Part shown: positions 56,579-64,000 of the stretch, piece after piece
Layout: each line of letters begins with the position of its first letter
How positions within the stretch are numbered: the first letter of the stretch is position 1
NCBI GenBank assembly: GCA_963668695.2
Contig: CAXXLQ010000004.1
Span: 1,952,001-2,016,000, forward strand
Source of the DNA: Vicinamibacteria bacterium
GTDB lineage: Bacteria > Acidobacteriota > Vicinamibacteria > Marinacidobacterales > Marinacidobacteraceae
Reading direction: 5' to 3'
DNA length: 64,000 nucleotides
The notes under the pieces: generated by a model
Told to the model about the DNA's origin: nothing
Databases searched by the model: none
What the model saw: only the letters and a program-made list of their open reading frames with translations
Made by a program: the position numbers and the translations under genes

Positions 56579-59012
56579 TTGGCTGGTTCACCGGCAGGGT
56601 GACCACGAATTCGGCGCCTTCGCCGACCTCCGAGCTCACCACCAGCGTGCCGCCGTGGCCGCGGACGATGTCGTGCGAGAGCGAAAGGCCGAGACCGGTG
56701 CCCTTGTCGGTGTCCTTTGTCGTGAAGAACGGTTCGAAGATCTTGGCCAGGTGGCTCGGCGGAATGCCGGGGCCGTTGTCCTTGATCCGCACCTCGATCC
56801 GACCGTTCTCCTTGCGGGTCCGCACCGCCAGTTCGGGCTGGTAGCCTGGATCCAAGTTCTCGTCCAACTGCTTGTCGAGGGTTGCCTGGCAGGCGTTCGT
56901 GACGATATTCAGGAACACCCGGCTGAGATCCTGCGGGACTGCCTCAATGGCGCCGACATCGTCACTCAGATCCTTGCGGATGGTCATCTGGAAACGGTTG
57001 TCCACGGCGCGCATCGAGTGGAACGCGAGGGCGATGTATTCCTCCAGCATGGCGTTGATTTCGGTCGGACGGCTTTCTCCGCCTTCCTTCCGCGCGTGTT
57101 CCAGCATTCCGTAGACGATGGAACTGGCCCGTTTGCCGTGGTGCACGATCCGCTCGAGGTTCCCGGAGAGATCGCCGCTGATCTCGTCGATCTCCGCGAG
57201 GGATTCTTCGGGGACGTGTTCCTTGACGGTTTCCAGTTCTGCCCTGAGATCCTCGAGGAGGTCGCTCGAGACCTCGGCGAAGTTGTTGACGAAGTTCAGC
57301 GGATTCTTGATCTCGTGCGCGATTCCGGCGGTCAACTGGCCGAGGGACGCGAGCTTTTCCTGCATGACGATCCGGTCCTGCGCCTTTTCCAGGTCCTCGA
57401 GCGTCTTCGCCAGTTCCTCGTTCTGCGCCTCGACCCGGGTGGCGAGTTCTTCGACCAGGTTGAGACGCTGGACCTCGAGGGCGTGCTGACGGAAGACTTC
57501 GAGCGCTTGCGCCATCTCCCCGACCTCGTCCTGGCCGCGGACTTCGATACGGGTCTCCAGATCACCTCCCGCCATCCGCCGCATCGCCCGGGACAGGGCG
57601 GTGAGACGGGCGATCAGGAATCGCCCGACAAAGAGCCAGAGAATCAGCGCGGCGCTGCTGATCCCCATGACGTTCAGCGCCACCAGCAACGACCGCCCGA
57701 GGTTCAGCGCCGCTTCCGACTCCCGGGTGGCGGCCAGCGCATCCACCTCGAGCCCGACCGTCAGACTCGCCACCGCCGCTTCCAGCGAGTCGGTGATGGA
57801 TTCGTTTCTGGCGAGGTACGCGAGCTGGTTCCGGAGTTCCGCGAGGTACTGCCGCCGAACCGGAAACGCGCCGAGCCCGAGCCCGAGCCCGAGCTCGTAG
57901 ATCGCATCCAGAGTCTGCCGAAGCTGCCGCGGCGCCCGGTCCCCGAGGGTGTCGAGCGCCCGGAACGTGCCGGCGGTGGCGGCCCGGAATCTCTCGTCCA
58001 GAGTCTCGACGAGTTCCAGGTCGTCCTGTACGACCACGTCGCTGATCAGGCTGCCCGCGAGGTTGCCCCGGGCGTCGATGGTGCTGAGAGCGTGCAGGTA
58101 GATCACTTCGGTCTCGGAACCCCGCACCTCGATGGGAGCCGGGTCGCCCGTGAGTTCCCTGAGGCCCGTCGCCATATAAAAGACCTGGTCGTCCAGGAGC
58201 GGTCCGATCAATTCGTTCAGCTCACGGCTCCTCTCCACGCTCTCGTCCTGAAGCTGGTTCAGGCGTTCCTGCAGAGCGACGCCGCTCTCGACCGAAACCT
58301 GGATGCCCTGGAGGTTGCCCGCCAGATCTGCAGAAAACTGCCGAAGTCCGTCCGTCCGTTCACTGGCCGCGAGTTCTGAAGACAACTCGATGATGCGCGC
58401 GGCGTTTTCCAGCAGATCGACCTCGGCACGGGGCGAAATCTCGGCGGCAGTTTCTTCACCTGAGTCGCTCGCGAGCTCACGGTTCCTGGCTTCGGCGACC
58501 AGCCGAGGCGCGGCCGCCGCCAAGCTGGTGGCGAGCTGCCCGATCTGAACCGCCCGGGTCAGGGCCGGTACGTATTCGGTATTGATTTTCCGCTGAATCC
58601 GGCCGACCTGGAAGAACGCGACGAGCGCAATGATGCTCGCCACCAGGGTGAATATGATCGCCGCACCTAGCCCTAGCGCGATCTGGACCCGGAGGCTTCG
58701 CCGTAGCGCGAACTTTCGGCGGAACCAGCCGCCCCGGTCCGGTGATGGGGATCCGGGTGTCGCTCCGTCATCGGCCGCGGGAACCGGGTCCTTGGAATCG
58801 GGGCCGTCAGCCGCCTCCTCGCGATCCCCTCCGACATCGTCGGCGGAGAGCGGCTTCCTCCCCGACAGTGCTTCCCGGAGCGCTCCGACGATCGAAAGGC
58901 CGCCCGGCTCTTCCGAATCTTCCGTGACCTCCGCCGGGGTTTTGCCGGATACCGGGCTCTCCTCGGGATCGGGTACGCCGTCGTGCCGGTCTTCGGATTC
59001 CTTTTCGGCCAT
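56556..59012 (-). CDS. Sensor histidine kinase (periplasmic helical sensor, HAMP, HisKA, HATPase)
   Basis: Two TMs, HAMP (GQDEVGEMAQA), AHEIKNPLNF, LNIVTNA, DNGPG, FEPFFTTK and GTGLGL motifs. Confidence 0.93.
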   Translation of the reverse strand: MAEKESEDRHDGVPDPEESPVSGKTPAEVTEDSEEPGGLSIVGALREALSGRKPLSADDVGGDREEAADGPDSKDPVPAADDGATPGSPSPDRGGWFRRKFALRRSLRVQIALGLGAAIIFTLVASIIALVAFFQVGRIQRKINTEYVPALTRAVQIGQLATSLAAAAPRLVAEARNRELASDSGEETAAEISPRAEVDLLENAARIIELSSELAASERTDGLRQFSADLAGNLQGIQVSVESGVALQERLNQLQDESVERSRELNELIGPLLDDQVFYMATGLRELTGDPAPIEVRGSETEVIYLHALSTIDARGNLAGSLISDVVVQDDLELVETLDERFRAATAGTFRALDTLGDRAPRQLRQTLDAIYELGLGLGLGAFPVRRQYLAELRNQLAYLARNESITDSLEAAVASLTVGLEVDALAATRESEAALNLGRSLLVALNVMGISSAALILWLFVGRFLIARLTALSRAMRRMAGGDLETRIEVRGQDEVGEMAQALEVFRQHALEVQRLNLVEELATRVEAQNEELAKTLEDLEKAQDRIVMQEKLASLGQLTAGIAHEIKNPLNFVNNFAEVSSDLLEDLRAELETVKEHVPEESLAEIDEISGDLSGNLERIVHHGKRASSIVYGMLEHARKEGGESRPTEINAMLEEYIALAFHSMRAVDNRFQMTIRKDLSDDVGAIEAVPQDLSRVFLNIVTNACQATLDKQLDENLDPGYQPELAVRTRKENGRIEVRIKDNGPGIPPSHLAKIFEPFFTTKDTDKGTGLGLSLSHDIVRGHGGTLVVSSEVGEGAEFVVTLPVNQPSGSRTGP

Positions 59013-59016
59013 CCCG

Positions 59017-60237
59017 TTACCGCAGTGAGGTGAGCGGCCTCAGGGTCCCGTCCGCCTCGATCCGGGTCAGGAAGACGCGGTCGGAACCCTGCGTGTCTCC
59101 CGGGCCGTAGGTGAGTGAGAAACCACCGAAATCCAGATTGCGGATGGTCGTGAGGGTCTCCAGAAAGCCGGCCCGGGTGAGATCCGGACCCGAACGTTCC
59201 AGAACTTCTCCGGTAAGGCGCGCCGCGATGTACCCCTCAAGAGATACGAAGCTGGGTTGTGCGCCCCTTTCCTGCCGGCGGAGCGCTTCGCGGTAGTCGC
59301 GCACCACTCGAAGCGAGTTGTCCTCGGGGAAGGGGACGACCTGAGTGATCAGCACCCCCTCTCCGGCCGAACCGAGGTCCGCGGCCAACGCTTCGCTGCC
59401 CACGAAGGAGATGTTCATCAGTAGGGGAGTGAAGCCGATTCGCCTCGCCCAGCGCACGAACTCGCCCACGGGGCGATACGCCCCGATGATGATCACCGCC
59501 TCGGGCTGCGCCCGGCGCAGTTCGAGCACCGCGATCTTGATGGCCGTCGTGTTGCGTTGGTAGGCGGCCACTCCACTCAACTCCAGCCGCCGCCGGGCCA
59601 GCGCCATCCGCACGCCGGTGAGCCCCGCGTTGCCATAGGAATCGTCTTGATAGAGGACGGCGATACGGGAAACACCGAGGTCCTCGGTGAGCCGCTCGAC
59701 CATTTCGTCGGTTTCCTGGAAGTAGGAAGCGCGGACGTTCACCGCGGTCGGCGCCTCTTCCGGCTCGCGCAGGAACTCCGCTCCCGTGAACGGGCCGATA
59801 TACGGGGCCCCGGCCTGGGCTGCTACCGGCTCGACCGCGCGGGAAGTCGGGGTTCCGACCGGTCCGATGAGCGCGAAGACGTTTTCTTCCTGCAGTAGCT
59901 GGCGGGTGTTCGTGAGTGCGGCCTCGGGCTCGTACCCATCATCGAGCGAGACCAGTTCGAGCCGCCGTCCATGGACGCCGCCCTGGCGGTTGATCTCGGC
60001 GAACGCGGCCTGGATACCGAGCCGCATGCCTTGCCCGAGGGCGGCGGCAGGGCCGCTGAGCGCTGCCGACTGCCCGAAGAGAATGCGGTCCGCACTGACT
60101 CCGGGCGTGGCGGTCTGATCCTGGGCGGATGCGAGCGGCGACGGTCCGACGACCGCCAGCCCCAAGAGGCACAGGACCCGAATCCAGCGGACCCGAGACA
60201 GCAAACCCGAAACCGGCTTCCGCCTCGAACCGCACAT
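59017..60237 (-). CDS. Periplasmic binding protein type 1 (Leu/Ile/Val-binding-like)
   Basis: GQSAALSGP, GGVHGRRLELVSLDDGYEP, VGTPT, RASY and YQDDSYG motifs. Confidence 0.9.
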   Translation of the reverse strand: MCGSRRKPVSGLLSRVRWIRVLCLLGLAVVGPSPLASAQDQTATPGVSADRILFGQSAALSGPAAALGQGMRLGIQAAFAEINRQGGVHGRRLELVSLDDGYEPEAALTNTRQLLQEENVFALIGPVGTPTSRAVEPVAAQAGAPYIGPFTGAEFLREPEEAPTAVNVRASYFQETDEMVERLTEDLGVSRIAVLYQDDSYGNAGLTGVRMALARRRLELSGVAAYQRNTTAIKIAVLELRRAQPEAVIIIGAYRPVGEFVRWARRIGFTPLLMNISFVGSEALAADLGSAGEGVLITQVVPFPEDNSLRVVRDYREALRRQERGAQPSFVSLEGYIAARLTGEVLERSGPDLTRAGFLETLTTIRNLDFGGFSLTYGPGDTQGSDRVFLTRIEADGTLRPLTSLR

Positions 60238-60251
60238 AGGTCGTAGGCTGG

Positions 60252-61412
60252 CTAACCGCCGTGATAAGCGAGCGTCAGGCAGGTGATGTCATCGGATTGG
60301 TGCTCCCCGCCCGAGAACTCACGAACCGCATCGAGGACAGCCCGATTCATCTCCTCCGGCGACTTCTCGGCAACACCCTCCAGGATGTTTTCGAGGCGGT
60401 AGTTTTCGAACAACTCCTTGTTGGGAGCTTCCGCCTCGGGGACCCCGTCGGTGTAGAGGAAGATCCGGTCCCCCGGGTCGAGCTGCACCGTAGCCTCGGA
60501 GTACGGGAAATCGGGCATGACGCCGAGCGCGATGCCCTGGGTGCTCGGCATCTCCCGCGGTTTCTCACCGGAACGCACCAGATAGGGAGCGCAGTGGCCC
60601 GCGTTGGTGTAGGTGAACGAACCGGTCGTCGTGTCGAAAATCCCGAAGAGCAGGGTGACGAACATCGCCCGCTCGTTTTCTTCTCCGAGCAAATTGTTCA
60701 CCTGGCTCAGCGCCTCGCCCGGAGAGAGGGCGCTCACGGCGTTGCCCTTGACCAGGGTCCGGCTGACCATCATGAAGAGCGCCGCCGGCACGCCTTTGCC
60801 CGAAACATCGGCCATCACGATGCCGAGCCGCTGCTCCGGGAGATGGAAGACGTCGTAGAAGTCGCCCCCGACGTCCTGTGCCGGCGTCATGATCGCGTGC
60901 GTTTCGCACGTCGCGGTGGAGGGAAACCGCTGCGGCAGGATGGACATCTGCATGTCGCGGGCGACCCGAAGCTCCTGATGGAGCGCGAGAAGTTGGGCTC
61001 GGTGCTTGAGCGCCTCGCGCATCATGGCGAGGTGGGTCATGGTCTTTTCGATGGTGAGCTCGAGGTCCTTGAAGTCGATAGGTTTCGTGACGAAATCGAA
61101 AGCGCCCCGGTTCATCGCGGTCCGGATGTTCTGCATGTCGCCGTATGCCGAAACCACCACCGCCCGGCACTTGGGGCGAATGGTGCGCAGTTCGTTGAGC
61201 AGGGTCAGACCGTCCATCCGCGGCATATTGATGTCGGTCATGATGAGCTCGATTTCCTGATGCTCCTCGAGAGCCTCCAGCGCCTGCACCCCGTCGTGGG
61301 CGAATACGAAGCGCAACTCGTCCGTGCGGATCCGGCGGCGAAACCGCTGGCGGATCAGCGTCTCGAGATCGGGTTCGTCGTCGACCACCAAGATCGTGCA
61401 AGGTTCAATCAT
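60252..61412 (-). CDS. Response regulator receiver + SpoIIE/PP2C phosphatase
   Basis: ILVVDDE, TDINMP, KP; VGGDFYD, DVSGKG, TNAGH, YTDGVPE and DDIT motifs. Confidence 0.92.
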   Translation of the reverse strand: MIEPCTILVVDDEPDLETLIRQRFRRRIRTDELRFVFAHDGVQALEALEEHQEIELIMTDINMPRMDGLTLLNELRTIRPKCRAVVVSAYGDMQNIRTAMNRGAFDFVTKPIDFKDLELTIEKTMTHLAMMREALKHRAQLLALHQELRVARDMQMSILPQRFPSTATCETHAIMTPAQDVGGDFYDVFHLPEQRLGIVMADVSGKGVPAALFMMVSRTLVKGNAVSALSPGEALSQVNNLLGEENERAMFVTLLFGIFDTTTGSFTYTNAGHCAPYLVRSGEKPREMPSTQGIALGVMPDFPYSEATVQLDPGDRIFLYTDGVPEAEAPNKELFENYRLENILEGVAEKSPEEMNRAVLDAVREFSGGEHQSDDITCLTLAYHGG

Positions 61413-61528
61413 GAACGCCAATTATCTCACTTCGGGGCGGCCCGACCGACCGGACGGTTCCGGCGACGGTTGAAGTGTCCATCCCGTTCCGTTAGGTTGT
61501 GATCTTCCTTGATGAAGAGGGGATCCCA

Positions 61529-62854
61529 ATGACAGATACGCAACTATCGCGCCGCCGTTTCCTCGGAGCATCCGCTGCCGCCTTCGGCGCCGCGGCAATT
61601 CCCGGAGGAGCTTTCGCGGCGGCAGCAGCGCAGCGGGCCGTGCCGGCCCTCCCGCTTGGGGATCTCGCTCCTCCCGTGGGCCCGGGCGAGGACTACTGGT
61701 GGAAAGTGCGTTCCCAGTTCAACGTCGTCGACGGGATGGCGTTCATGAACAACGGCACCCTGGGGCCGAGCCCCCGGGTGGTGGCGGACGAGGAGGCGCG
61801 TATCTACGCCGAGATCGCCGCCGATCCGACGAGCGGGAACCGGCGCGACGAGCTCCACGAGCGCCGGCAGACACTCGCCGCCTTCGTGGGCGCGGAGCCC
61901 GACGAAGTCACCTATACGCGCAGCACGACCGAAGGGATGAACATCTTCGGGCGCGGCCTCGACTGGCGCGAGGGCGACGAAGTGCTCATGTGCACCCATG
62001 AGCACAACGGCGGCATCGAGCCCTACATCCACTCGCAGGAACGCTACGGGGTGGTGATCAAGTGGGTGGACGTTCCGGTCCCGCCGGAAAGCAAGGATCA
62101 GATCCTCTCCATCTACGAGAAGGCGATCGGTCCACGGACGCGGGCGATCATGGTGAGCCACATCACCTACGTCACCGGCCTCCTGATGCCGGTGAAGGAA
62201 CTCGCCGAGCTCTGCGCCCGGAGGAACCTGCTGCTGACGGTGGACGGCGCCCACCCGCTCGGCATGATGGCCCTCGACATGCGGGACTTGGGCTGCCACC
62301 ACTACGCGGGCGCCGGCCAGAAGTGGCTGATGGCGGGCACCGGAACCGGCCTGTCCTACATCCGGCGGGACACGATCGGCGACATCTGGCCCCTGATCGG
62401 CGCCGGGTCCTACCGAGTGGAGGGGGAGCGCCGGTTCCGTGAGGATTCCCGGAAGTACGAGAACACCGGGCAACGGCATATGCCGAGCCAGTTCGCCTTG
62501 GTCAAATCGGTCGAGTTCCAGAACGTGATCGGGCAGGATCTCATCGAGAAGCGGGTGCGCATGCTTTCGCGGCGCCTCAGGGAAGGGCTCAGCGAGATCC
62601 CCGGGGTCAAGCTCTGGACCGCGATGGGCGACGACCTCGCGGTCGGACTCACCCTGTTCTCGGTCCACGACCTCCCGATGGCCAACGTCCAGCAGGGCAT
62701 CATGGATCGCGAACGGGTATTCATCCGCACGATGAGGACCGGAAACCTCAATGGGGTGCGGGCCTCGACCCATCTCTACAACATGCCGCACGAGGTGGAC
62801 CAACTGCTGGCGGCCGTCCGTCACATCGCCGCCAACCCTGCGGACTACATGTAG
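61529..62854 (+). CDS. Tat-exported class V PLP aminotransferase (cysteine desulfurase/isopenicillin epimerase-like)
   Basis: SRRRFL Tat motif, NNGTLGPSP, RSTTEG, VDGAH, GQKW and RASTHLYN motifs. Confidence 0.88.
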   Translation: MTDTQLSRRRFLGASAAAFGAAAIPGGAFAAAAAQRAVPALPLGDLAPPVGPGEDYWWKVRSQFNVVDGMAFMNNGTLGPSPRVVADEEARIYAEIAADPTSGNRRDELHERRQTLAAFVGAEPDEVTYTRSTTEGMNIFGRGLDWREGDEVLMCTHEHNGGIEPYIHSQERYGVVIKWVDVPVPPESKDQILSIYEKAIGPRTRAIMVSHITYVTGLLMPVKELAELCARRNLLLTVDGAHPLGMMALDMRDLGCHHYAGAGQKWLMAGTGTGLSYIRRDTIGDIWPLIGAGSYRVEGERRFREDSRKYENTGQRHMPSQFALVKSVEFQNVIGQDLIEKRVRMLSRRLREGLSEIPGVKLWTAMGDDLAVGLTLFSVHDLPMANVQQGIMDRERVFIRTMRTGNLNGVRASTHLYNMPHEVDQLLAAVRHIAANPADYM

Positions 62855-62958
62855 GGCGTACTACGTGGGCGCCGTCCCCGACTGGGTCCGCGTGATTGGC
62901 GGTGGGAGTTTCGCCCCGCTAAGGAGCGCCGGTCTTCAGACCGGCATCGCGGCCGTAG

Positions 62959-63272
62959 GCCGCGAAACTCCCGTCCTATTCAGACTTATGGCACCGAGCT
63001 AACCGGGGACGGCGAAACGCTCGGCTGGCCACCGCCGCAGGCGGACGAAAGCCCCGCTCTATTCAGTCTCATGGCACCGACCTGATCGGGGACGGCGAAA
63101 TGCTCGGCTGGCCACCGCCGCAGGCCGCGAAACTAACGTCCTATTCAGTCTTATGGCACCGACCTGATCGGGGACGGCGAAACGCTCGGCTGGCCACCGC
63201 CGCAGGCCGCGAAACTAACGTCCTGTTCAGTCTTATGGCACCGACTTGGCCGGGGACGGCGAAATGCTCGCC
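62959..63272. repeat. About four tandem copies of an ~82-bp unit within a family-B element
   Basis: GCCGCGAAACT..CGTCCTATTCAGTCTTATGGCACCGAC..GGGGACGGCGAAA(C/T)GCTCGG repeated. Confidence 0.85.
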
Positions 63273-63410
63273 CGATCGCTGCCCCCAGGGCAGCGACGCT
63301 CCTCCCTTCACCCTTGCGGCTAGCGACAGCGGAAGGGGGTGCTCCCAACCACTCTCACGTGACCGGGAAGGCCAACGCCGACCCTCCCCTATCGTTTCCC
63401 AAGCCAGGAT

Positions 63411-63771
63411 CGGCCCGGTGACGTGGGCGCCGGCCTCGACTGGGTCCGGGCAATCTGCGAGATTGGCGGTGGGAGTTTCGCCCCGCTGCGCGGGGCGATG
63501 CCGGTGTGAACACCGGCGCTCCTTCAACCAAACTGGGAAGCGCCCCACACTCCCTCTCCAACCCCGCCCATCCCGGGCGGAGCCGCCTGCCAACGCGCGC
63601 TTTCCGATCCCCGCTACGGCCCGGTGACGTGGGCGCCGTCCCCGACTGGGTCTGCGTAATCTGCGAGATTGGCGGTGGGAGTTTCGCCCCGCTGCGCGGG
63701 GCGATGCCGGTGTGAACACCGGCGCTCCTTCAACCAAACTGGGAAGCGCCCCACACTCCCTCTCCAACCCC
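63411..63771. repeat. Two direct copies (period ~206 bp) of a family-B REP module
   Basis: CGGCCCGGTGACGTGGGCGCC...GCGATGCCGGTGTGAACACCGGCGCTCC...CTCTCCAACCCC at 63411 and 63617. Confidence 0.85.
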
Positions 63772-63830
63772 GTGCACCCTCGGCAGACCCGTTACCGCAC
63801 GTTCCCGGATGAAATTTGGGATGACGGACT

Positions 63831-64000
63831 GCCGAACGAGCAACAAACTCATGGCAGCGAACTCTGTTCGCTGCCCGCGTTATCGGGGGAAAGTGTGAAA
63901 GGGGGGATTCTCCCCTTTCACAAGAAGGTAACGACGAATCGGAACTCGCCGCCGCACGCCGTAGGGCGGGCAAGGGAGTTTCGATTCGCGGCGCGAAGCG
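63831..64000. repeat. Dispersed diverged copy of the 357-bp unit's 5' module
   Basis: CGAGCAACAAACTCATGGCAGCGAACTCTGTTCGCTGCC...GTGAAAGGGG..CCCCTTTCACAAGAAGGTAAC matches 55551-55670. Confidence 0.85.

Noticed and set aside
55563-56602. Repeated 70-146 aa ORFs in the 357-bp tandem
   Set aside because: Frames are not conserved between copies (indels), and there are no recognisable motifs.
62959-63272. 82-bp array as CRISPR array or tRNA cluster
   Set aside because: The whole unit repeats with no variable spacer, and I see no cloverleaf or TTCGA T-loop with acceptor stem.

Overview
High-GC bacterial chromosomal segment; the gene content resembles Acidobacteriota, which is an inference only. 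It holds about 45 genes: RNase D (runs off the left edge), NhaC antiporter, phenylalanine hydroxylase, PP2C phosphatases, CCA enzyme, mnmA, an msrB-TauE-metX-metY cluster, a MoaD/beta-propeller/MoxR/DUF58/vWA operon, gltX, glnS, ggt, soxC plus cytochrome c, peptidases, a TonB receptor and an RR-PP2C/binding protein/histidine kinase operon. The intergenic DNA carries three nested layers of non-coding repeats. (1) A MITE-like family has about 15 copies with ends RCAGCC...GGCTGY, usually TA-flanked. It often sits in stop codons, knocks out a PIN toxin and lies in frame at the start of a cytochrome c gene. (2) REP/REPIN-like hairpin elements and tandem arrays of about 82, 206 and 357 bp. (3) An 18-19 nt unit, CCAGTTCTCCCGGTGGGG(G), has roughly 50 copies by manual count. 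It is present or absent at several independent positions and in both orientations inside the other repeat families, and I never saw it in ordinary coding sequence. The ORF track misses an ArsC-like selenoprotein (in-frame UGA in UxxC with a SECIS-like hairpin) at 34339-34725. I saw no transposase, CRISPR array, rRNA or tRNA.
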